Positions 1 to 8,727 of a stretch of 47,597 bases of DNA are shown one piece after another. Under the pieces are notes generated by a model. It had not been told where the DNA came from. It saw only the letters and a program-made list of their open reading frames with translations, and did not search any database. Both the position numbers and the translations under genes were made by a program. How positions within the stretch are numbered: position 1 is the first letter of the stretch; each line of letters starts with the position of its first letter. This DNA comes from Desulfobulbaceae bacterium (GTDB taxonomy: Bacteria; Desulfobacterota; Desulfobulbia; Desulfobulbales; SURF-16): assembly GCA_027859235.1 (NCBI GenBank), contig JAQIBE010000250.1, positions 1 through 47,597 on the forward strand, in the 5' to 3' direction.

Positions 1-266
1 CTGATATTACAGAATACCTCGGTCATGGAGAACTTCGCCTTCTCTATAAGCTTGATCAGCATACCTTTGCCATTATGAGTCGCAATAACCTGGAGTCTGG
101 TTTTCGTCGCGGAGCTGTCGAGGCCAGTTGGAGTTTTCCTATCTGGAATTACCCCTATGTAAAAGGGTATGTGCAATATTTCACAGGTTATGGTGAGAGT
201 TTGGCTGATTATGATAAGTACAACAATCGTATAGGGGTAGGGCTCTGTCTGTCGGACTGGCTTTAA
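1..266 (+). CDS. pldA: outer-membrane phospholipase A, C-terminal fragment (5' end outside window)
   Basis: Frame 3 is open from the window edge (DITEYLGHGELRLLYKLDQHTFAIMSRNN...) to TAA 264-266. The C-terminus ...YFTGYGESLADYDKYNNRIGVGLCLSDWL resembles the conserved PldA C-terminal strands. Confidence 0.7.
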   Translation, partial: DITEYLGHGELRLLYKLDQHTFAIMSRNNLESGFRRGAVEASWSFPIWNYPYVKGYVQYFTGYGESLADYDKYNNRIGVGLCLSDWL

Positions 267-339
267 GGTGCAACTTCTGTTAGTGGTTTCATGGGGTCGA
301 TTCCTCTGAGATCTTGTTTTATTTTCAACTTATGATGGA

Positions 340-663
340 GTGAAAGGTATGGTTACCTATCTGGAACAGGTCGTTTTTGTCCGGGATTATGTTGCCCTGC
401 AGATGGTAATTCTTTTTGTTTTATATGGCGGTATAGCAGTTCTTATATCTTTATTGCTGGGTAAAATTGTTACACGATTCGCTCATTTTACCAGTTCTGA
501 TCTTGATGATAAGATCATCGACCCCCTCCAGTCTCCTGTCAGCTGGACGATTATCGGCGTTGCCTTTATTCTGTCTTTGGCAGATCTTGATATTCAGGAT
601 TATTCCGCCCAGCTTTTTAACAGGGTTTGTTTGAGTGTTATTCAGTTGGGTTGTCGGCCTTAA
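340..663 (+). CDS. membrane segment (2-3 TM helices), probably the N-terminal part of a frameshifted MscS-family channel
   Basis: 107-aa hydrophobic ORF with no soluble domain. It ends at TAA 661-663 and overlaps the start of the MscS-domain ORF, which lies in the +1 frame. Confidence 0.45.
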   Translation: MKGMVTYLEQVVFVRDYVALQMVILFVLYGGIAVLISLLLGKIVTRFAHFTSSDLDDKIIDPLQSPVSWTIIGVAFILSLADLDIQDYSAQLFNRVCLSVIQLGCRP

Positions 664-1381
664 CAAAGTGGCCCATGTCTGTATCGATCATTTTACCAGG
701 GCGAGTAAGGGGGTAGGGCAGGACTTACTTTTTCTGCTGCATAAGTTGTCTGTTCTCGTTGTGGTTATTGCCGGTGCCTTTTTACTCCTGGATATTTGGC
801 ATATTAGCCTCACGCCGCTTCTTGCCTCTGCCGGTGTCGCAGGTATCGCCATTGCCCTTGCGGCCAAAGATACGCTGGCAAATTTCTTTGGTGGAATTTC
901 GTTATTCCTCGATAAGATATACAAGGTTGGTGATTATATCATTATTGATGATGTGGGTCGTGGTGAGGTGGTAAGTTTAGGGATTCGTTCCACCCGGATA
1001 CTGACCCGTGATGATGTGCTGGTGACCGTACCCAATAGTATTATGGCTAATTCGCGTATTGTTAACGAAACCGCACCATCTCCCCGGTATCGATTAAAAA
1101 TTCCAGTGGGCGTGGCCTATGGTACAGATCTCGACAAGGTAGAGGATATTTTACTGGGTATTGCCGGTAAGAGTGATGATATCTTGGCAGAGCCAGCTCC
1201 CCGTGCCAGGGTGCGCGCCCTGGCAGACTCTTCGGTGAACTTTGAACTCATGGTTTGGGTTTCTGACCCCCGTGATAGGGGCATGCAAATCCATCAATTT
1301 CTTAAAGCCATTCATCGTGAATTTAAGAATGAGGGCATTGGTATTCCATTCCCGCAGCTTGATGTGCATATCGATAAATAA
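635..1381 (+). CDS. mechanosensitive ion channel, MscS family (pore helix plus beta/C-terminal domains)
   Basis: Pore-lining TM3-like segment LLASAGVAGIAIALAAKDTLANFFGG followed by KVGDYIII...GEVVSLGIRSTRILTRDDVLVTVPNS, typical of MscS. The GTG at 635 is only the first possible start, because TGA at 632-634 closes this frame upstream. Confidence 0.85.
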   Translation: MLFSWVVGLNKVAHVCIDHFTRASKGVGQDLLFLLHKLSVLVVVIAGAFLLLDIWHISLTPLLASAGVAGIAIALAAKDTLANFFGGISLFLDKIYKVGDYIIIDDVGRGEVVSLGIRSTRILTRDDVLVTVPNSIMANSRIVNETAPSPRYRLKIPVGVAYGTDLDKVEDILLGIAGKSDDILAEPAPRARVRALADSSVNFELMVWVSDPRDRGMQIHQFLKAIHREFKNEGIGIPFPQLDVHIDK

Positions 1382-1486
1382 GTTTCCCTTCAGTTCAGGT
1401 TTATTGGCTGGGTCCAATGTTGTGCTATGCCTAGAATATTTTATCTCAGGCAGCTTCAGACTAAAACTTTTCCACTTATCAAGATA

Positions 1487-3292
1487 ATGTCTGAACATAC
1501 CGTACTCACTGATAGTTTTCTCAAAGATCTCACCACAAGCCCTGGCGTTTATCTCATGTATGATAAGCACAGGGTTGTGATATATGTTGGTAAGGCACGG
1601 AATCTCAAGCAAAGAGTAACGGCATACGCCCGGTTGACAGGTTCATCCCATAATAAGACCAGGGCAATGGTGGCGAAGATTAACGCCATCGAAACCATTC
1701 TCACCCGTACTGAAAAAGAGGCCCTCATTCTTGAAGCCTCCCTCATCAAAAGGCATAAACCAAAGTACAATGTTATCCTGAGGGATGATAAAAATTATCC
1801 ATATATCCGTGTGTCTGTTCAGGACGAATGGCCAAGGGTTATGATGAGCCGGCGAAAGAATCGAGATAAGGCACTCTATTTTGGCCCATATTCATCAATA
1901 TCCTCCATGTGGGATACCCTGAAACTCCTGTGGAAATTGTTTCCTCTGCACCGTTGTAAAACTGTTCGTCCCCGTAGGCGACCATGTTTAAACGGTCAGA
2001 TGGGCCAGTGTCTGGCCCCGTGTATGGGGGATGCTAACCGTGACAGGTATCTTGAAAATCTCAGAAATGTTATTCTCATCCTTGAGGGGAAGAGTAAAGA
2101 ACTCATTGCTGACCTTAAAGGTCGTATGATTGCAGCTTCACAGGGGATGCAGTTTGAACAGGCGGGGATTTATCGCGATCATATTAACGCCCTCCGTAAA
2201 ACTCTTGAAAAACAGATTGTTGCAGGGAGAAGTGATGACGAAATTGATATCTTTGGCTGCAAGCGCTTAAGGGGAAGTCTGGCTGTTTCTGTCTTGTCCA
2301 TCAGGGGGGGGCTCCTGATCGGCAACCGTAGTTTCCATTTCCCGAATGTCATTGGTGACGATGGCGAAGTCATGGGTGAGGTGCTGGAACGATATTATTT
2401 AGAACGATATATCCCTAAGTTGGTGCTCATACCTTGGGCGTTGCATGAGGGGGTCCTGGTGGATTATCTTGGTGAACTCAAACAGTCCAGGGTTGAGGTT
2501 CGTATGCCCAAACGTGGTGATGGCCGGAAGCTGACAGATATGGCTGAAATGAATGCGCAGCAGGTTTTCATTGATCGAGATAAGCGCAAGAGATCGTGGC
2601 AGTCTTTGGCAGCACAGTTACAGGAGACGTTGCAGCTTATGCATAAACCTGACCGTATCGAGTGCCTTGATATTTCAAATACAAGCGGCAAGCAGCCGGT
2701 TGGTTCCCTTGTCTGTTTTTTAGAAGGTGAAAAGGCGGGTTCAGAGTATCGCCATTATAGGATCAGATCAAAAGATACGCCTGATGATTATCAGATGATG
2801 TACGAGGTGCTTAAACGGCGGTTTGATCCTGAAAAAACTCATATCCTGCCGGAGTTACTGCTTCTCGACGGTGGTAAGGGGCAGCTGGGTATTGGTGTAC
2901 AGGTTTTGGCGGAGTTTGGTTTATCAGACCAGATAGATCTGGTTGGTATTGCCAAGCAGAAGGATGAAGAGGGTGAGAAGCTCTTCCTGCCCGGTCGCAA
3001 GGATCCTGTTATTCTCCCTGGTCATTCACCCCTGTTGCTTCTGCTCATGCAAATTCGTGATGAGTCCCATCGTTTTGGGGTTACCCTGCACCGAAAACTT
3101 CGCCAGAAAAAGACTATTTCGTCGATTCTTGAGAGCATCCCTGGAATTGGCGAGGTGAAACAACAGGCATTACTGGAGTATTTCGGCAGTGTGAAAAGGG
3201 TAAGATCCGCCACAAAAAATGAACTTGCCCGGGTTAATGGCTTTGGCAAACGAACAGCTGAAGTTGTTTACTCATTTTTGCATGATAAGTAA
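1487..3292 (+). CDS. uvrC: excinuclease ABC subunit C
   Basis: GIY-YIG motif GVYLMYDKHRVVIYVGKARNLKQRV, a UvrBC-interaction region and a C-terminal HhH (IPGIGEVKQQALLEYFGS). ATG 1487 (MSEHTV...) is preferred over the upstream start at 1427. Confidence 0.95.
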   Translation: MSEHTVLTDSFLKDLTTSPGVYLMYDKHRVVIYVGKARNLKQRVTAYARLTGSSHNKTRAMVAKINAIETILTRTEKEALILEASLIKRHKPKYNVILRDDKNYPYIRVSVQDEWPRVMMSRRKNRDKALYFGPYSSISSMWDTLKLLWKLFPLHRCKTVRPRRRPCLNGQMGQCLAPCMGDANRDRYLENLRNVILILEGKSKELIADLKGRMIAASQGMQFEQAGIYRDHINALRKTLEKQIVAGRSDDEIDIFGCKRLRGSLAVSVLSIRGGLLIGNRSFHFPNVIGDDGEVMGEVLERYYLERYIPKLVLIPWALHEGVLVDYLGELKQSRVEVRMPKRGDGRKLTDMAEMNAQQVFIDRDKRKRSWQSLAAQLQETLQLMHKPDRIECLDISNTSGKQPVGSLVCFLEGEKAGSEYRHYRIRSKDTPDDYQMMYEVLKRRFDPEKTHILPELLLLDGGKGQLGIGVQVLAEFGLSDQIDLVGIAKQKDEEGEKLFLPGRKDPVILPGHSPLLLLLMQIRDESHRFGVTLHRKLRQKKTISSILESIPGIGEVKQQALLEYFGSVKRVRSATKNELARVNGFGKRTAEVVYSFLHDK

Positions 3293-3393
3293 TTGACACC
3301 TCGCCATGGCGTTGTTACTAGTTCAGGTTCTGTTAAATAATATACAAAACTTTTTATAATTGCATTCATAACAGCAGTTCTGTGGGGATAACT

Positions 3394-4218
3394 ATGTGGG
3401 ATTATACTGAAATTGTGCAGGATCATTTCCTGAACCCGAGAAATGTCGGCGTTATTGAAGATGCCGATGGGGTGGGGGATGTTGGCTCCCTGTCCTGTGG
3501 TGATGCCTTGAAATTTTATTTTAAGCTTGGTGATGATGGTCGTATTGCTGATGCCAAATTTATGACCTTTGGGTGTGCCAGTGCCATTGCCTCTTCTTCT
3601 GCCTTAACCCTTATGGTTATGGGTAAAACCCTTGAAGAGGCGGAGAAGATTACCAATGAAGATATTGCTGATTTTCTAGGAGGTCTTCCCAAGGAAAAAA
3701 TGCATTGCTCGGTGATGGGGCGCGAAGCACTTGAGGCTTCCATTGCCAATTACCGTGGTGTGGAGTTGCCAAAGTCCGAAGGTGAGGTGGTTTGTGAATG
3801 TTTTGGTGTGACGGATGTTGATATTAAGCGCGCCATTGCTGAATCGAATTTGAAAACCCTTGACGAGGTGACGAACTTCACCAAGGCTGGTGGCGGGTGC
3901 GGAAAATGTGAAGAGCGTATTCAGGAAATCATTGATGAGACCCGTTCCTCTGCCAAGATCATTCCTTTGAAAGTTCCCCGTATGACCAATATGCAGAAAA
4001 TCAAGAAAATTGAAGATCTGTTTGAACGTGAAATTCGCCCGAATCTGAAACGGGATAGCGGCGATATTGAACTTGTGGATGTAGATGGCAATGATGTCTA
4101 TGTCTCCCTGCGTGGGGCGTGCGGCAGCTGTGCCAAATCCCAGATAACCTTGAAAGACTATGTTGAGAAGAAGCTGCGTGAAGAGGTTCTTGATTCCCTT
4201 GTTGTGAAGGAGGCTTAG
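3394..4218 (+). CDS. nifU: NifU-type Fe-S cluster scaffold (IscU-like N domain, BFD-like 2Fe-2S centre, NifU C domain)
   Basis: Scaffold cysteines in GSLSCGDALKF, FGCASAIASS and KMHCSVMG. Central CECFGVTD...GGGCGKCEERI and C-terminal GDIELVDVDGNDVYVSLRGACGSCAKS. ATG 3394 is preferred over GTG 3382. Confidence 0.9.
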   Translation: MWDYTEIVQDHFLNPRNVGVIEDADGVGDVGSLSCGDALKFYFKLGDDGRIADAKFMTFGCASAIASSSALTLMVMGKTLEEAEKITNEDIADFLGGLPKEKMHCSVMGREALEASIANYRGVELPKSEGEVVCECFGVTDVDIKRAIAESNLKTLDEVTNFTKAGGGCGKCEERIQEIIDETRSSAKIIPLKVPRMTNMQKIKKIEDLFEREIRPNLKRDSGDIELVDVDGNDVYVSLRGACGSCAKSQITLKDYVEKKLREEVLDSLVVKEA

Positions 4219-4219
4219 T

Positions 4220-5446
4220 ATGAGTGATCCGAAAACTATTTATATGGACAACAATGCCACCACCCGTGTTGCTCCAGAAGTCCTTGAGGTCATGATGCCG
4301 TATTTTTCAGAGTTGTACGGCAACCCATCCTCCATGCATCGTTTTGGTGATCAGGTTGGCAAGGCCATTGAGGTTGCACGGGGGCAGGTTGCTGATCTTC
4401 TTGGCGCAAAGCCGAGCGAGATTGTCTTTACCAGTTGCGGGACAGAGAGTGATTCCACGGCAATTTTGTCTGCTCTGCAGGCATGTCCTGATAAACGTCA
4501 TATTGTAACGTCTCGGGTTGAGCATCCAGCAGTGAAGAATCTCTGTGAGTCCCTGGATCGTTTAACAGGTCATAAACATACGATTACCTCACTCCACGTT
4601 GAGTCTGATGGCACCATTGATCTCGATAAATTTGAGAAGTCCCTTACAGAAGAAACGGCCATTATCAGTATGATGTGGGCTAATAACGAAACCGGGGTGA
4701 TTTTTCCCATCAAGAAGATGGCAGCCATAGCCAAAGCGCGAGGGATTTTATTCCATACGGATGCGGTTCAGGCTGTTGGCAAGGTCCCCATTGATCTGCA
4801 GGATGTCCCCGTGGACTTCCTGTCCCTGTCAGGCCATAAACTTCATGGCCCTAAGGGGGTTGGAGTTTTATATGTGCGCAAAGGTACACCCTATATGCCG
4901 TTTCTCATTGGTGGGCATCAAGAGGGTGGTAGGCGGGGCGGTACTGAAAATGTTACAGGTATTATCGGTCTAGGCAAGGCCTGTGAACTGGCTGGACACA
5001 TGCTGCAGACTGAAAACACGGTTGTGCGTTCCCTGCGTGATAAACTTGAAAACGGTCTGCTTGAAAAGGTTACCCACACCATATTAAATGGTCACAAGGA
5101 ATATCGCTTACCCAATACAACCAATGTGAGCTTTGAGTATATTGAGGGCGAGGCTATCCTGCTCCACCTTGATCAATTTGGTATTTGCGCCTCGTCCGGT
5201 TCTGCCTGTACATCCGGTTCGTTGGAGCCGTCCCATGTCCTGCGTGCCATGGGTGTTCCATTTACCGCAGCCCACGGTTCTATTCGCTTTAGCTTGAGTG
5301 TTTATAATACGGAAGAGGAGGTTGATTTTATCCTTGAGAAGCTCCCACCGATTATTGCTAATCTGCGGGCCATGTCCCCGTTTTGGGAAGATCGTGACAA
5401 GATTGCCGGCGGTGGATCTTGTTCAAGTTGTGGTTTCGGGAAGTAG
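4220..5446 (+). CDS. nifS: cysteine desulfurase, NifS type
   Basis: PLP-lysine motif SLSGHKLHGPKG and active-site loop SSGSACTSG. The start lies 1 nt after the nifU stop. Confidence 0.92.
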   Translation: MSDPKTIYMDNNATTRVAPEVLEVMMPYFSELYGNPSSMHRFGDQVGKAIEVARGQVADLLGAKPSEIVFTSCGTESDSTAILSALQACPDKRHIVTSRVEHPAVKNLCESLDRLTGHKHTITSLHVESDGTIDLDKFEKSLTEETAIISMMWANNETGVIFPIKKMAAIAKARGILFHTDAVQAVGKVPIDLQDVPVDFLSLSGHKLHGPKGVGVLYVRKGTPYMPFLIGGHQEGGRRGGTENVTGIIGLGKACELAGHMLQTENTVVRSLRDKLENGLLEKVTHTILNGHKEYRLPNTTNVSFEYIEGEAILLHLDQFGICASSGSACTSGSLEPSHVLRAMGVPFTAAHGSIRFSLSVYNTEEEVDFILEKLPPIIANLRAMSPFWEDRDKIAGGGSCSSCGFGK

Positions 5447-5579
5447 CATTCCAGGTATGTAGCTGTTTAGTCTTTTAGGTGTTTAGGGTGATGGTCTGGA
5501 CCTGTCTTTCATCTAATAGATTAAAGAGTGAGCTTGTAATAAAACCTATAGACTAAATAACCTAACCAAGGGTTCTAAT

Positions 5580-6536
5580 ATGATTGTTGTTCCTCCTTCC
5601 TATGAAATTATGCATGATTTAGATGAGCAGTCCCTTCCTGTGCGTATCGAGGGATGCGGTCGTCTCTGTTACAAGAGTGAAGATAAAATTACTGCAGAAT
5701 CAGCTCCCCGTTTTATTAAAACGATTCTGAAGCATGGTCATAACTCGGTCACTGAAATGGCCGTGCTCACCCTGGAGGTGATGGTTGATAAGGAGAATAT
5801 TGCCGCAAAGCTGTATAATGTTCTGCCGAAATATCTGACGATTGATACCCTTGATAAAAACATTCTGCTTGTCACGAGCTCTGTCCGTGGTTTTAGAGAA
5901 TTATATCTTGATCACGGTAATCTGAAAATTGTTAAAGCCATAACAGCGTATCTGCTCCAGCACCATCCCCTGTTTTATGAGGACATTACGCCTGAACGAG
6001 GTATTGTCAACCAGGCGGGAGTCATGGTGAAAAAGCTGTATCTCTCGGAAGTTGGTGAGCTTCCTCCGCATTTGTACGGGAGACATCGCTGGGTTGCGGT
6101 AAAATTTACCGTGAACCGGGCCGTAACCCATGAAATGGTGCGTCATCGGCCATGCAGCTTTCTGCAGGAGAGCCAGCGCTATTGTCGGTATGGAGCCGAT
6201 AAATTTGGTAATCAGGTGACATTTATTAAGCCCCTTTTTTACGCTGAGGATTCAGAAGAGTATAAACTATGGACTCAGGCCATGGAAGATACGGAGAGGT
6301 TGTATCTCAAGCTGCTTGAGACATCATCGCCCCAGGCCGCGAGAACAGTGCTGCCTAATTCCTGCAAGACCGAGTTGATTGTTTTTGCCAATCTCTTTCA
6401 ATGGGCTCATATGTTCAAATTACGGGCGACAAAGGGCGCGGATCCGTCCATGCGGGAAGTGATGATTCCTTTGTTTAAAGAGTTTAAGGAATTATTTCCT
6501 GATGTGTATGGTTCGTTTGATCTTGATTTGACCTGA
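5580..6536 (+). CDS. thyX: FAD-dependent thymidylate synthase
   Basis: ThyX signature RHRPCSFLQESQRY, plus N-terminal HGHNSVTEM. Confidence 0.9.
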   Translation: MIVVPPSYEIMHDLDEQSLPVRIEGCGRLCYKSEDKITAESAPRFIKTILKHGHNSVTEMAVLTLEVMVDKENIAAKLYNVLPKYLTIDTLDKNILLVTSSVRGFRELYLDHGNLKIVKAITAYLLQHHPLFYEDITPERGIVNQAGVMVKKLYLSEVGELPPHLYGRHRWVAVKFTVNRAVTHEMVRHRPCSFLQESQRYCRYGADKFGNQVTFIKPLFYAEDSEEYKLWTQAMEDTERLYLKLLETSSPQAARTVLPNSCKTELIVFANLFQWAHMFKLRATKGADPSMREVMIPLFKEFKELFPDVYGSFDLDLT

Positions 6537-6555
6537 TTATTTTTTTTATTTGCTG

Positions 6556-6586
6556 GCCTATCCCGTTTGGGATGGGCTTTTTTTTT
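6556..6586 (+). terminator. rho-independent terminator after thyX
   Basis: GCCTATCCC (6556-6564) pairs with GGGATGGGC (6569-6577), 9 bp including one G-U, with loop GTTT, followed by T9 (6578-6586). Confidence 0.75.
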
Positions 6587-6723
6587 ATGGGCGTGGCACG
6601 ATCTCATAGGAAAAATACGTATTTATGCGGATTGATCTCAATCTGAAAGTGGTGTAAGAACACAGGGCTGTTTTTATAGAAGAAATTAATAGTGTTATCA
6701 CAATAACCATGAGGAGTAAGAAT

Positions 6724-8490
6724 ATGGCGTTAGACCCAACTAAACATGCGGACTGGGAAATAGCAGAAGATGCAGAAAAGAACATGAAGACCATTTACGA
6801 AGTTGCTGAGCAACTTGGTATCGAGGACAAGGAGCTCCTTCCTCACGGTCATTACTTCGGCAAACTAGATTACCGTAAGATTCTTGAACGTACTAAAGAT
6901 CGTCCGGATGGAAAATATGTTGATGTAACTGCTATTTCTCCAACACCGCTTGGTGAAGGGAAGTCCACCTGTGTTATGGGTCTTGTTCAGGGTCTTGGTA
7001 AGCGTGGCAAGTCTGTTGTTGGTGCGGTTCGCCAGCCATCAGGCGGCCCAACCATGAATATCAAGGGCTCTGCTGCCGGTGGTGGTCTTGCCCAGTGTAT
7101 CCCGCTTACACCTTTTTCTCTCGGTTTTACCGGTGATATCAACGCGATCATGAACTCCCATAACCTGGGTATGGTAGCACTCACTTCAAGAATGCAACAT
7201 GAGGCCAATAAGACCGATGCTCAATTAAAAGAGATTGGCCTGAAAAGACTTGATATTCACCCAAAACGAGTTGAATTTGGCTGGATTATTGATTTCTGTG
7301 CCCAAGCCTTGAGAGATATTACCATTGGTCAAGGACCTGGTAAGCTTGATGGCTTTACCATGAAGTCCAAATTTGCCATTGCGGTAAGTTCTGAGATTAT
7401 GGCAATCCTTTCCATCACCCGCGATCTCAAAGACATGCGTGAGCGTATTGGTAAGATTGTTGTGGCCTATGATCGTCAAGATCGCCCAGTCACCACCGAA
7501 GATCTTGACGTTGCCGGCGCCATGACCGCCTGGATGGTTGAAGCACTCAACCCAAATATGATGCAAACCCTTGAAGGTCAGCCTGTTCTGGTTCATGCCG
7601 GACCTTTTGCAAATATCGCCATCGGTCAGTCCTCTGTTATTGCTGACCGTGTTGGTCTTAAAATTGCCGATTACAATGTTACCGAGTCCGGCTTTGGTGC
7701 TGATATCGGTTTTGAGAAGTTCTGGAACCTCAAATGCCGTTACTCCGGCCTCAAGCCGAACTGTGCCGTTGTTGTTGCCACGATCCGTGCCCTTAAATGT
7801 CACGGTGGTGCACCAATTCCTGTACCGGGTCGGCCAATGCCTAAAGAGTATGATGGCGAGAACGTTGGTTGGGTTGAAAAGGGTTGTAAGAACCTTGTTC
7901 ATCACATCGAGACGGTCAAAAAAGCGGGTATCAACCCTGTTGTTTGTATCAACGCCTTCTACACCGATACCGATGCTGAGATTGCTGCGGTTCGTCGCAT
8001 CGGTGAGGCAGCTGGTGCCCGTGTTGCCCTTTCCCGTCACTGGGAGCTGGGTGGTGCCGGAGCCCTCGAATTCGCTGACGCCGTTGTTGATGCCTGTGAA
8101 GAGCCTAATGAGTTTAAATTCCTCTATGATCTGAGTATGCCTCTTGATGATCGTATCGATATTATTGCTAAAGAAGTATATGGCGCTGATGGCGTTTCCT
8201 ATACCCCAGAAGCTAAGGTTAAGCTTGAGCGCTTGAAGGCCGATCCAGAGATCAGTGAGCTTTCCACCTGTATGGTTAAGACTCACCTGTCTCTTTCTCA
8301 TGATCCTAAGCTCAAAGGTGTGCCTAAGGGGTGGACATTACCAATCAGTGATATCCTCACCTACAAGGGCGCGGGTTTTGTTGTACCTGTTGCCGGCGCC
8401 ATCAGCCTCATGCCTGGTACTGGTTCTAATCCAGCGTATCGTCGCGTTGATGTTGACGTTGAGACCGGTAAGATTAAAGGTGTATTTTAG
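6724..8490 (+). CDS. fhs: formate-tetrahydrofolate ligase
   Basis: FTHFS nucleotide loop [11 protein letters not shown] and full-length collinearity with FTHFS. AGGAG lies upstream of ATG 6724 (MALDPTKH...). Confidence 0.96.
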   Translation: MALDPTKHADWEIAEDAEKNMKTIYEVAEQLGIEDKELLPHGHYFGKLDYRKILERTKDRPDGKYVDVTAISPTPLGEGKSTCVMGLVQGLGKRGKSVVGAVRQPSGGPTMNIKGSAAGGGLAQCIPLTPFSLGFTGDINAIMNSHNLGMVALTSRMQHEANKTDAQLKEIGLKRLDIHPKRVEFGWIIDFCAQALRDITIGQGPGKLDGFTMKSKFAIAVSSEIMAILSITRDLKDMRERIGKIVVAYDRQDRPVTTEDLDVAGAMTAWMVEALNPNMMQTLEGQPVLVHAGPFANIAIGQSSVIADRVGLKIADYNVTESGFGADIGFEKFWNLKCRYSGLKPNCAVVVATIRALKCHGGAPIPVPGRPMPKEYDGENVGWVEKGCKNLVHHIETVKKAGINPVVCINAFYTDTDAEIAAVRRIGEAAGARVALSRHWELGGAGALEFADAVVDACEEPNEFKFLYDLSMPLDDRIDIIAKEVYGADGVSYTPEAKVKLERLKADPEISELSTCMVKTHLSLSHDPKLKGVPKGWTLPISDILTYKGAGFVVPVAGAISLMPGTGSNPAYRRVDVDVETGKIKGVF

Positions 8491-8595
8491 TTCATTAGAA
8501 ATTGTTTTTTAAAACAATTTCGTGAATGTAGTTATCCCCATCTAATTTATGTGGGGCTAGATTGTAAGAATTACATCCTGAAGTTTATTTGCAAA

Positions 8596-8631
8596 GGGCC
8601 ATGTGGAGAAAATCCACAGGGCCCTTTTTTT
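8596..8631 (+). terminator. rho-independent terminator downstream of fhs
   Basis: GGGCCATGTGGA / TCCACAGGGCCC stem (one mismatch) with loop GAAAA, then T7. A separate AT-rich hairpin (8498-8521) with no T-run lies directly after the stop codon. Confidence 0.7.
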
Positions 8632-8727
8632 GTTTGAGGCTAGGTGAAAAAAGTTGTTATGATAATAAATGCTTAAATTGTCCGTGCCCTTAATACCTCA
8701 AAAGATACTCGAGCCCCTTTCCTCCCT

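Noticed and set aside
1427-1486. Upstream start codons extending uvrC (1427), fhs (6709), lysC (31890), miaA (42202), rlmN (45782), nifU (3382) and the radical SAM gene (43406)
   Set aside because: The extensions add non-conserved residues. In several cases they overlap terminators or neighbouring genes. Internal ATG codons give N-termini that match the family consensus.
6594-6610. TGGCAC at 6594-6599 upstream of fhs (and at 31721-31726 upstream of lysC) as sigma-54 -24 elements
   Set aside because: The required -12 TTGC(A/T) element is absent at the correct spacing: the sequence reads CATAG and ATATG respectively. These are not credible sigma-54 promoters.
7225-8301. 358-aa ORF on the - strand and 187-aa ORF on the + strand (7571-8134) inside fhs
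   Set aside because: Both overlap the well-supported formate-THF ligase frame and show no motifs. They are shadow or out-of-frame ORFs.
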